Positions 37,510-46,074 of a stretch of 64,000 bases of DNA are shown here, piece after piece (within the stretch, counting starts at the first letter, position 1; each line of letters begins with the position of its first letter). The notes below the pieces were generated by a model that did no database searches, was not told the origin of the DNA, and saw only the letters and a list, made by a program, of their open reading frames with translations. A program made the translations under genes and the position numbers. The DNA is from a bacterium (GTDB taxonomy: Bacteria > Myxococcota_A > Bradymonadia > Bradymonadales > Bradymonadaceae), in assembly GCA_030427705.1 (NCBI GenBank), contig JAUIBR010000002.1, forward strand, positions 28,631-92,630, in the 5' to 3' direction.

Positions 37510-38151
37510 TTGAGCGCGCTACTAGACATCCCATTTGTAACCACTGGCCGTGAGCTTGAGCGACGGCGCTCACATGCGCCTGAACAGGGGGATTGGTCGT
37601 GGACGCATTTGGTTGGGCGTTTGGTAGAGCTTCAGAACGAGGGGGCGTCTTCGGTGCTAAGCTTTGCGTTCAGCCTGGTTTACGAGGCGCAGCAGGATGG
37701 TGAGCCGGTGGCGTGGATCTCAGCGTCCGACAGCCTCTTTTATCCACCGGATGTGATCGAAAACGGGATCGATCTAGAGGCGGTCGCGCTGGTGCGCGTG
37801 AACAGTGCAAAGGACGCGGGTAGAGCTGCGGACAAGCTCTTGCGGTCGGGGGCGTTTGGCCTGGTGTTGTTGGATTTGGGCTCGGACGATGCCTTCCCTA
37901 CCCCGCTTCAAAACCGGCTTGTGCATCTGGCTGATGAGCATCGTGCAGCCGTGGTGTGTTTGACCGAGGTTTCGGTCGCTCGCGAGAAGAGCTTGGGGCC
38001 CATGGTTTCGCTGCGTGCAGCTGCGCGTCGGCAACGTGAATGTGAATGTGAAGGAGGTGAATCGTGTCAGCTTGTCGTCGCGCGTGACAAGCATCGTGGA
38101 TTGCGTTGGACCTATAGAGAGGATCGTCGTGGACCGGTTGGCATGCGTTAG
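37510..38151 (+). CDS. imuA: ImuA-like protein (RecA-fold, SOS mutagenesis cassette component)
   Basis: TTG start at 37510, preceded by AGGAGG at 37500..37505. ...VAWISASDSLFYPPDVIENGIDLEAVALVRV...ADKLLRSGAFGLVLLDL matches the ImuA family pattern. It lies immediately upstream of imuB-dnaE2. Confidence 0.7.
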   Translation: MSALLDIPFVTTGRELERRRSHAPEQGDWSWTHLVGRLVELQNEGASSVLSFAFSLVYEAQQDGEPVAWISASDSLFYPPDVIENGIDLEAVALVRVNSAKDAGRAADKLLRSGAFGLVLLDLGSDDAFPTPLQNRLVHLADEHRAAVVCLTEVSVAREKSLGPMVSLRAAARRQRECECEGGESCQLVVARDKHRGLRWTYREDRRGPVGMR

Positions 38152-39625
38152 TGTGCCTTATCTGGCGCTGCAGATAGCGCTGAAACGGCACCCACAATGG
38201 AAGGATTTACCGGTCGCGATCGTCGATGAACACAAGCCGTTGGGCTTTGTGCTCGAGGTGAACCGGCAAGCGCGTCAGTTCCGAATCAAGCCTGGGATGC
38301 GGTATTCAGCGGCACTGTCACTCACCGAAAAACTGCGGGCTGCGGTGATTGAAGATGACGATATTGAAGAGCACGAAGAACTGCTTGAGTCGCTCCTTCA
38401 CAACTTCTCGCCCAGCTTTGAACGGCACGAAAAACGCGGGACATTCTGGGTGTGTGCGACAGGGCTCGACCGCTTGTTTGGCTCGTTTGATACGTGGTCA
38501 GAACAGCTGTTTGAAGAGTTTAAGTCGTATGGCTTCTACGCTTCTGTCGTCGTCGGGTTCAGCCGATTTGGGACGTATGCACTCGCTCGAAACCAGCGGG
38601 CGGGGATTCGAGTGTTGGCGTCCGAAGATGAAGAACGGCAGCGGGTGGATCGTACACCTATCGCAGCCCTCGGTGTCGACCCGAAGTTTCGCGACGCCTT
38701 AGAGAAGCTGGCGATCACGACGGTAGGTGAACTTCGTGGGCTACCGTCTGGCGGGGTTCGTGAGCGCTATGGGGAAGAAGCGCAAAAGCTCTTGGACTCA
38801 ATTCACGGCACACAGGTGGTCTTGCCATTACAGCCCGAGGGGTTGAACGAGCCCGTGCAGTGTCGGGTTGAGCTGATGGATGCAGAGTGTGACTCAAATC
38901 GGCTGCTCTTCCTCATTAAAGAGAAGCTGCATCCCATGCTGCTTGAGCTGACGGCGCGCCATTGCGACCTGCTTGAGCTGGTCATGCAGCTGATTTTGGA
39001 GGACGGCGATTGTCATGAGCATACGATTAAACCCGCGACACCGACGCTGGACGAAAAGAAGGTCATCGACTTAGCGCGTCTGCGGCTTGAGAACCTGCTT
39101 TTCCCATCATCAGGGGTCATCGCCATCGTCCTAATCGCGCGTGGCGTGCCAATTCGACGCGAACAGGAGGCGTTGTTTGCCGGCAGTATGCGTCGCGATA
39201 TGCAGGCTGCAAATCACGCGCTCGCCCGTCTAAAAGCCGAGTTTGGGGACCATTGTGTTTTGAAGGTACAGCCCTGTGATGCGCATGTTCCCGAACAGAA
39301 GTTTGAGCTTGTCCCGCTCGAGACCATTCGTCGTGCGGAGCCCGAGAAACAGCCTCAGAAACGTAACTTGATTCGGCGGATTCGAAACCGTCCAGAACCG
39401 CTGCACCGCTTTCGAAACGACCCGCTTGAGGGGTGGTTATTACACGGACTTGAAGCGGGTCCGGTGAATGCCTCTTGGGGTCCATTCACAACCTCTGGCC
39501 AGTGGTGGACACCCGATCGTATCGACCGTGACTACTACTTCGCCCGTACGCGTGAGGGCGATATCTTCTGGGTTTTCTACGACCATATTCGCGAGCAGTG
39601 GTTCCTTCATGGGGTGGTGGAATGA
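38129..39625 (+). CDS. imuB: ImuB, Y-family DNA polymerase-like (catalytically inactive UmuC homolog)
   Basis: A GTG start at 38129 with a GAGAGGA RBS is proposed; the track ORF begins earlier (38015), inside imuA. ...VSVPYLALQIALKRHPQWKDLPVAIVDE... has a UmuC/DinB-like N-terminus without the DxD catalytic pair. The stop overlaps the dnaE2 start (ATGA). Confidence 0.7.
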   Translation: MDRLACVSVPYLALQIALKRHPQWKDLPVAIVDEHKPLGFVLEVNRQARQFRIKPGMRYSAALSLTEKLRAAVIEDDDIEEHEELLESLLHNFSPSFERHEKRGTFWVCATGLDRLFGSFDTWSEQLFEEFKSYGFYASVVVGFSRFGTYALARNQRAGIRVLASEDEERQRVDRTPIAALGVDPKFRDALEKLAITTVGELRGLPSGGVRERYGEEAQKLLDSIHGTQVVLPLQPEGLNEPVQCRVELMDAECDSNRLLFLIKEKLHPMLLELTARHCDLLELVMQLILEDGDCHEHTIKPATPTLDEKKVIDLARLRLENLLFPSSGVIAIVLIARGVPIRREQEALFAGSMRRDMQAANHALARLKAEFGDHCVLKVQPCDAHVPEQKFELVPLETIRRAEPEKQPQKRNLIRRIRNRPEPLHRFRNDPLEGWLLHGLEAGPVNASWGPFTTSGQWWTPDRIDRDYYFARTREGDIFWVFYDHIREQWFLHGVVE

Positions 39626-42600
39626 CGGAATACGCCCCGCTCTGGGTGAAATCGAACTACTCGTTCTTAGAAGGCGCAAGCCACCCTGAAGAATATGTCA
39701 CGCAATGGCATGAATTGGGTTGCACAACAGGTGTCGCGATCACGGACCGCGACGGTGTCTACGGCATTGTACGCGCCTTTGGGCAGGCCAAAGAACATGG
39801 CACCAAGGTGAACTACGGGGCTGAGGTTACCGTCGATGACGGGACGACCCTGGTACTTCTTTGCCAGTCACGCCAGGGCTATAGGCAGCTCTGCCGACTT
39901 CTCACCAAGGGACGACTTCGCTGCGAAAAGGGCGAGAGTAGAGTCACGTGGGAAGAAGTCTGCTTTCACAGCGAGGACCTCATCGCCTTATGGGGCGGGC
40001 ATCGCAGCCGCATCACGCAAGAGACAGACATCCAGCCATGGTTGGAGTTTGTCGATACCTATGGCGACCGCTTGTACGCGATGTACACGCGCCATCACGA
40101 AGAGATTGAAACACGCGAGCAAAACCAATTGCTCAACCACGCACAGCGCTACGCCATCCCCGTCGTGGCTTCGACCGAGGTGCTCTACCACCACCCAAAT
40201 CGCCGGCGGCTTCAGGACGTCATCACCTGTATTAAACACGGCACACCGCTTGATGCTGCGGGACAGCTTCTGCAGCAAAATCAGCATCACTACCTCATGC
40301 CACCCAAGGCATTTTACGAGCTGTTTGAAGACATGCCCGATGCGGTGGAGCGCACGCTTGAGGTCGATTCGCGCTGCAACTTCAGCCTGGCTCAACTTCG
40401 CTATGTCTATCCCTCTGAGCGGCTGCCGGATGGGAAGACCTCGTCGCAATGGCTGCGAGAGCTGGCCTTTGAGGGCACCAAAAGACGCTATCCAGAGGGT
40501 CTACCCGACGACGTTCGGCACCAGCTAGAGCGCGAGCTCGATATCATCGACCAGCTCGATTACTGCGGCTATTTCCTGACGATGTGGGAGGTCATCAACT
40601 TCTGCCGAACGAATAATATCCACTGCCAGGGGCGCGGTTCGGCCGCCAATAGCGTGGTCTGTTACTGCTTGGGGATTACGGCGGTCGACCCCATTCGAAT
40701 GAAGCTGCTCTTTGAGCGCTTCCTATCGTTAGAGCGTGCAGAACCACCGGATATCGACCTCGACATCTCGCACGAGCGGCGCGAGGAGGTCATCCAGTGG
40801 ATGTACGAAAAGTACGGGCGAAATTACGCAGCGATGGTCGCCAATATCGTGCGCTACCGCCCACGCTCCGCAATCCGAGAAGTCGGGAAGGTGCTGGGTA
40901 TTCCAGAGACATCGCTCGACCGCGTGGCCAAGATGCTCTCGCATTACGAGTCACCGACCTTAAGCGATATCGAAAATGCTGGGTTGGATTTAGACGGCAA
41001 ACAGACACGGCTTTTGATGGAGCTGACCGCAGAGCTTCTGGATTTCCCGCGCCATCTCTCCATCCACCCGGGCGGCTTTCTATTGGGTCATGAACCTGTG
41101 CATGACCTGGTCCCCATCGAGAACGCCACAATGGAAAACCGCACGGTCATCCAGTGGGACAAATACGATGTCGAAGCGCTCGATTTGTTCAAGGTCGACC
41201 TACTTGGGTTGGGCGCGCTGACCCACCTGCGTAAGTCGTTTGACATGCTCAAACACCACCGTGATGTCGACCTGGAAATGGCGACGATTCCGCATGGCGA
41301 CCAGGACACCTACGCGATGATTACGCGCGCCGAAACCATCGGCGTCTTCCAGATTGAAAGCCGTGCTCAGATGCAGATGCTGCCGCGAATGAAGCCCTGC
41401 AAGTTCTACGATTTAGTGATCGAAGTTGGCATAGTTAGACCGGGACCGATCTCGGGCGACATGGTTCACCCCTACTTGCGAAGGCGCCGTGGCGAAGAGC
41501 CCGTTACCTACCCGCACCCCAGCTTGCAGCCTGTCTTAGAGAAAACGCTCGGCATTCCGCTCTTCCAAGAACAGGTCATGAAACTTGCCGTCGTTGCTGC
41601 GGACTACACACCGGGCGAAGCCGACCAACTGCGTCGTGACATGGCGGCATGGCGCAGCAAGGGGCGCATCGATACCCACCACAAACGCATGACGCAGCGC
41701 ATGATCGCCAAGGGTATTGAACCCGAGTTTGCCGAACGTGTTTTCCAACAGATCCAGGGCTTCGGCGAATACGGATTTCCCGAAAGTCATGCGGCGAGTT
41801 TCGCGCTGATTACGTATGCGACCGCGTATATGCGCTGTCATTGGCCCGTCGAGTTTTTCTGCGGGCTGTTGAACTCGCAGCCCATGGGTTTCTACACACC
41901 TGCGACCATCATCGATGACGCAAAACGGCTAGGCGTGCGCTTTTTGCCCATCGATATTCGGATCAGTGATTGGGATTGTACCATGCAACCTATTGGCACA
42001 GATTTCGCCATACGAATGGGGCTTCGTTATATCAAGGGCATCTCTGAAAACGACTGGGAGCGGATCGAAGCTGCGCGTGCAGAATCCCCATTTACGTCGA
42101 TCCGAGATTTTGTGACGCGGACGAAGGTGAACAAACGCATCTTGCACCGCTTCGCCGAAGCCGGTGCATTCGACGGCTTCGACGTCTCGCGGCGTGAGGC
42201 TCTATGGGAGATTCAGGGATTCAGCGCCGGCACCCTTCCCTTGCCGTTTGAGTCCCCGGATAGCCGACCCGAGTTTGCTGAGCTCAATGCCTTTGAATCT
42301 ATCGCCTGGGACTACCAGACGACCTACCACAGCCCGCGCGGCCATCCGCTGCAGACGGTTCGAGACGAGCTCGAACGAAGAGGCCTGCCGACCGCGATCG
42401 AGGTTAAGGACTCAAAAGATGGCTCGTATCGACACTACGCAGGGATGGTCATCTGCAGGCAGCGCCCGGGCACGGCATCGGGTGTGATCTTCATGACCCT
42501 TGAAGACGAGACCGGGTTTGTGAACGCCGTCATCTGGCCCAAGGTTTACGAGAAGTACCGTTTGTTGGTGAAGACGTTGGCGTTCGCTGGCGTGTCGGGA

Positions 42601-42705
42601 AAGATCCAAAACCAGCAAAACGTCACACACTTAATCGTCGATCATTTCTGGACGCCACACGTCAGCTTCCGCCCTGAAAAGGTCAAGAGCCGAGACTTTC
42701 ATTGA
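39622..42705 (+). CDS. dnaE2: error-prone DNA polymerase (DnaE2, Pol III alpha-like C-family)
   Basis: PHP domain start (APLWVKSNYSFLEGASHPEEY), the polymerase core (...GRGSAANSVVCYCLGIT..., FQIESRAQM), and a C-terminal OB fold. 1027 aa. Confidence 0.9.
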   Translation: MTEYAPLWVKSNYSFLEGASHPEEYVTQWHELGCTTGVAITDRDGVYGIVRAFGQAKEHGTKVNYGAEVTVDDGTTLVLLCQSRQGYRQLCRLLTKGRLRCEKGESRVTWEEVCFHSEDLIALWGGHRSRITQETDIQPWLEFVDTYGDRLYAMYTRHHEEIETREQNQLLNHAQRYAIPVVASTEVLYHHPNRRRLQDVITCIKHGTPLDAAGQLLQQNQHHYLMPPKAFYELFEDMPDAVERTLEVDSRCNFSLAQLRYVYPSERLPDGKTSSQWLRELAFEGTKRRYPEGLPDDVRHQLERELDIIDQLDYCGYFLTMWEVINFCRTNNIHCQGRGSAANSVVCYCLGITAVDPIRMKLLFERFLSLERAEPPDIDLDISHERREEVIQWMYEKYGRNYAAMVANIVRYRPRSAIREVGKVLGIPETSLDRVAKMLSHYESPTLSDIENAGLDLDGKQTRLLMELTAELLDFPRHLSIHPGGFLLGHEPVHDLVPIENATMENRTVIQWDKYDVEALDLFKVDLLGLGALTHLRKSFDMLKHHRDVDLEMATIPHGDQDTYAMITRAETIGVFQIESRAQMQMLPRMKPCKFYDLVIEVGIVRPGPISGDMVHPYLRRRRGEEPVTYPHPSLQPVLEKTLGIPLFQEQVMKLAVVAADYTPGEADQLRRDMAAWRSKGRIDTHHKRMTQRMIAKGIEPEFAERVFQQIQGFGEYGFPESHAASFALITYATAYMRCHWPVEFFCGLLNSQPMGFYTPATIIDDAKRLGVRFLPIDIRISDWDCTMQPIGTDFAIRMGLRYIKGISENDWERIEAARAESPFTSIRDFVTRTKVNKRILHRFAEAGAFDGFDVSRREALWEIQGFSAGTLPLPFESPDSRPEFAELNAFESIAWDYQTTYHSPRGHPLQTVRDELERRGLPTAIEVKDSKDGSYRHYAGMVICRQRPGTASGVIFMTLEDETGFVNAVIWPKVYEKYRLLVKTLAFAGVSGKIQNQQNVTHLIVDHFWTPHVSFRPEKVKSRDFH

Positions 42706-43333
42706 TGAGGCTGACGATGATTTCGTCGACCGATTCGGCCAAGCCAATCGCGGACAGGAAAGTGACGCCTTCAAGCTCGGGGCGGGCGCGTTTAGCCATC
42801 TCGGGCACGTCTTCAAGCGTATGAGGACCGGGGGCAACGAAGTATGGAAGGATGGTCACGCCACCCGACACATCGTGAATTGCCTCGTCCAAACCTGGCG
42901 TATCGTCGATGAATCCAGCACGAACATCTCGTCCACGCTCCCGAAGTCGTTCGACGTGTCTCAGCACGGAATCCCGCGACGCCTTGTGTTTCGGCGTGCC
43001 GTGGCCCGCCAACACGATGGTGCCTTCAACACCTTCAAGCGCGACGTCTACAACGGAGTCCATCAATGGCGAGACACCAACGGGTTGGGTCACAATCGCG
43101 TCGCCCGCAATGTCTCGTACCTTCTGGGTGAAGTAGCCGTCGGACATGAAAAATGGCACGACCACACCGTCTGCGCCATCGAACACGGGTTCTTGTTTCA
43201 GAAAGGCCGCGTCGACGGTCCAACCCAAATCACGCAGCCGAGCCGCAGCACACAGCACAGGATTGTCTTCGGCATCGAGATCCGGCCAACCATGGCCAAC
43301 CAAGGTGATTTGCTTTGTTGAGTGCTGCGTCAT
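42683..43333 (-). CDS. cbiX: sirohydrochlorin chelatase CbiX/SirB-like
   Basis: ITLVGHGWPD... and a second half with ...LAGHGTP.... Two CbiX-type half-domains. Start at the internal ATG. Confidence 0.65.
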   Translation of the reverse strand: MTQHSTKQITLVGHGWPDLDAEDNPVLCAAARLRDLGWTVDAAFLKQEPVFDGADGVVVPFFMSDGYFTQKVRDIAGDAIVTQPVGVSPLMDSVVDVALEGVEGTIVLAGHGTPKHKASRDSVLRHVERLRERGRDVRAGFIDDTPGLDEAIHDVSGGVTILPYFVAPGPHTLEDVPEMAKRARPELEGVTFLSAIGLAESVDEIIVSLINESLGS

Positions 43334-43399
43334 TCGAGCCCTTTTCAAAGTCCGCTCAGAACGTCAGAATAGATGCGAACTCACATCAAAAGACACCAT

Positions 43400-44068
43400 A
43401 TGAACTTCCCAATCAACCTCGTACTTCGTGGACGGCGCGTTGTGGTCATCGGCGGCGGAACGGTCGCAACTCGCAAAGCCGCAAGACTCATCAACACGGG
43501 CGCGATCGTCGTGGTTGTCAGTCCGGAGTGCTCCGAGCCGCTCGAAGCCATGGAAGACGCAGGGAAGTTGTCGATCACGCGTCGCAAATATGAACGCGGA
43601 GATTTGGACGGTGCAGCCCTTGTGTTTGCGGCCAGCGACGACGAAGCGACGAACTTCGAGGTCGCTGAACATGGTCATCAAGTTGGCGCGTTGGTGAGTG
43701 TCGTCAACGCCCCCGAAGCGGGCGATTTTTCCCTGCCAGCCTTGGTTGAGCTCGGTGGATTGCGTCTGGCCATCGATACACAAGGCTCAAGCCCGGCACT
43801 GTCAAAGGCGCTTCGCAAGCACCTCGAGGAGACGCTTCATCCAGGCTGGGGACGGGCAGCTGTCATCCTCGGCGCACTTCGAGCAGTTGTGGACGACCGT
43901 GATGACGAAGATATTCGGGCCAACTTCTGGCGAGCCCTCGTAGAGCAATTACCAGAGGCCGCAACTAGAGACGTGGATGGCGTCCGCGAATGGATCCACG
44001 ACGCGATGCTTGAGTCACAGATTTCACTCGCACCGCACGAAGTCGAAACGTTGTTGAAACTGGTCTAG
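43400..44068 (+). CDS. precorrin-2 dehydrogenase / sirohydrochlorin ferrochelatase-type (siroheme synthase N-terminal domain, SirC/Met8-like)
   Basis: MNFPINLVLRGRRVVVIGGGTVATRKAARLINTGAIVVVVSP is an NAD-binding Rossmann motif and matches the CysG N-terminal domain pattern. The gene is divergent from cbiX. Confidence 0.7.
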   Translation: MNFPINLVLRGRRVVVIGGGTVATRKAARLINTGAIVVVVSPECSEPLEAMEDAGKLSITRRKYERGDLDGAALVFAASDDEATNFEVAEHGHQVGALVSVVNAPEAGDFSLPALVELGGLRLAIDTQGSSPALSKALRKHLEETLHPGWGRAAVILGALRAVVDDRDDEDIRANFWRALVEQLPEAATRDVDGVREWIHDAMLESQISLAPHEVETLLKLV

Positions 44069-44883
44069 CCGGTGACCTTCGGATCCAGCGTAATGCTCAC
44101 CGGGCAATGGTCGCTGCCAATGATGTCGTGGTGAATGTCCGCATCGCGAACAAACTCCAATGCACCTGGGGACGCCAGGACGTAGTCGATCCGCCAGCCA
44201 ACGTTACGCTCGCGGATTCCCTTGCGATTGCTCCACCACGAATAACGTTCTTCCACTGGTCCGTGAATATGGCGGAATGAATCGACCCAACCCGCCTCAA
44301 ACCAGAGTTCAAGATTCTCGCGTTCTTCCGGGCGGAATCCGCTGGTCTTGACGTTCTGTTTCGGTCGCGCCAAGTCGATATCTTCGCGCGCTGTGTTGAA
44401 ATCGCCCATCACTAAGATCCGCTCACCCTCATCCACAAGCGGCTGCAAGCGCTCGCGTAGGGCATCGTAAAAGTCCAACTTGTATGGGATCCGGCTCAGA
44501 TCTCGGTTTTTACCGCTGCCATTAGGGAAGTAGACATTGGCCACGGTTAGCTCACCAAATTTGGCCAGTTGAAGACGTCCTTCTTCGTTGAACCGCGCCT
44601 CGCCGAGGTCCGTTTCCACCTCGTCCGCCTTGAAACGGCTAAACATCGCAACACCGCTGTAACCCTTGCGTTCCGCCGAATGGTAGTACGCGTGCCAGCG
44701 CTCAGGTTCGACGATTTCGTCGTCCAATTGTTCGGTCAGCGCCTTGATTTCTTGGACACCAATAATGTGACCGGGGTCGTCGGCCAACCAATCCATAAAC
44801 CCCTTCCGAATTGCGGCGCGCAATCCGTTGACGTTCCAGGAAAGAATCTTGAGGTCCTCAATTTCATCGAATGACTCGAGCAT
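44065..44883 (-). CDS. xthA: exodeoxyribonuclease III
   Basis: LKILSWNVNGLRA...GVQEIK...ERKGYSGVAMFSR...GDFNTA...SDHCPV match exonuclease-endonuclease-phosphatase family signatures. Confidence 0.9.
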   Translation of the reverse strand: MLESFDEIEDLKILSWNVNGLRAAIRKGFMDWLADDPGHIIGVQEIKALTEQLDDEIVEPERWHAYYHSAERKGYSGVAMFSRFKADEVETDLGEARFNEEGRLQLAKFGELTVANVYFPNGSGKNRDLSRIPYKLDFYDALRERLQPLVDEGERILVMGDFNTAREDIDLARPKQNVKTSGFRPEERENLELWFEAGWVDSFRHIHGPVEERYSWWSNRKGIRERNVGWRIDYVLASPGALEFVRDADIHHDIIGSDHCPVSITLDPKVTG

Positions 44884-44977
44884 TTTGTGCGTTCTCCGAA
44901 TAAAACGGCCAAAATGTATTGGCCCACGGGCGATATTTCGTTAAGCACAAAGCCAAGGTTGAAGGGAAGCAAAAAAG

Positions 44978-45967
44978 ATGCGCGAAAAAGTAGGCCGCAA
45001 CGATCCCTGTTGGTGTGGTAGCGGCAAAAAATACAAGAAGTGTCATATGCGAGAGGACGAAGCCAAGGGCGGTCCTCCGGCCGAGGCACAGCAGACGGTC
45101 TTCAAAGGAAACGTCACTTCACTTCCGCCAGTACCAGGCCATATTGCCCGGCCTGAGTACGCGGACACCGGGCGTCCTACGCCGACGCGAGAATCATGTC
45201 TGAAGACCAGCGATGACGAGATTGCTCGGATGCGCAAAGCATGTGACGTCGCACGCCAAGTGCTGGACACCGTGCTCGCCGCAGTCGAACCCGGAATCAC
45301 GACCGAAGCATTGGACGACCTTGCGTACGCGAAGACCATCGAGCTGGGCGCCTACCCTTCGCCGTTCAACTACCAGAACTATCCCCGCTGCATCTGTACC
45401 TCGATCAACGAGGTCGTTTGCCACGGGATCCCCGATGACCGTGTGCTGAGCGAGGGCGAGATCGTCAATTGCGATATCTCGGTCTACGTCAACGGGATGC
45501 ATGGCGATTGCTCAGAAACCGTGTTTGTGGGCGAGGTTTCGCCAGAAGCGAAGCGGCTGGTGGACTCGACGTATGAGTGCATGATGGATGCCATCAAGCT
45601 GGTCGAACCCGGGCAACCTTTCTTCGCTATCGGCCGGGCGATCGAAGAGCGCGCAAAGCAAGACGGATACTCAGTTGTGCGCGACTTCACGGGGCATGGA
45701 ATCGGTAAGTATTTCCACATGGACCCTCAGGTTCTGCACTACTTTAGCCCCCGGCTGAATCAGCGCATGGAACCCGGCATGACGTTCACGATCGAACCGA
45801 TGATCAACGAAGGCACGTGGCGCTGCCGGATCTGGCCGGACAATTGGACGGCTGTGACGGGCGATCTGAAGCTCAGCGCACAGTTTGAGCACACCGTTCT
45901 GGTCACTGAATCGGGCTACGAAATCCTCACCGCAGGCGACGATCTGACGCCTTGGTTCCGCCGCTAG
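44978..45967 (+). CDS. map: type I methionine aminopeptidase with N-terminal SEC-C zinc finger
   Basis: RNDPCWCGSGKKYKKCH (SEC-C motif), then the MetAP-I core (CICTSINEVVCHGIPD, MHGDCSETVFVGE) with metal ligands D/D/H/E/E. Confidence 0.9.
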   Translation: MREKVGRNDPCWCGSGKKYKKCHMREDEAKGGPPAEAQQTVFKGNVTSLPPVPGHIARPEYADTGRPTPTRESCLKTSDDEIARMRKACDVARQVLDTVLAAVEPGITTEALDDLAYAKTIELGAYPSPFNYQNYPRCICTSINEVVCHGIPDDRVLSEGEIVNCDISVYVNGMHGDCSETVFVGEVSPEAKRLVDSTYECMMDAIKLVEPGQPFFAIGRAIEERAKQDGYSVVRDFTGHGIGKYFHMDPQVLHYFSPRLNQRMEPGMTFTIEPMINEGTWRCRIWPDNWTAVTGDLKLSAQFEHTVLVTESGYEILTAGDDLTPWFRR

Positions 45968-46074
45968 ATCTCACGTCGAAATCCTGCTGTTTCGATTCCC
46001 AATTTTGGGTGCTGCGTGCTAAGGTCTTGTAACCGAATATCGGCACTTTTTTCCGCAACACACGGAACCTTTCG

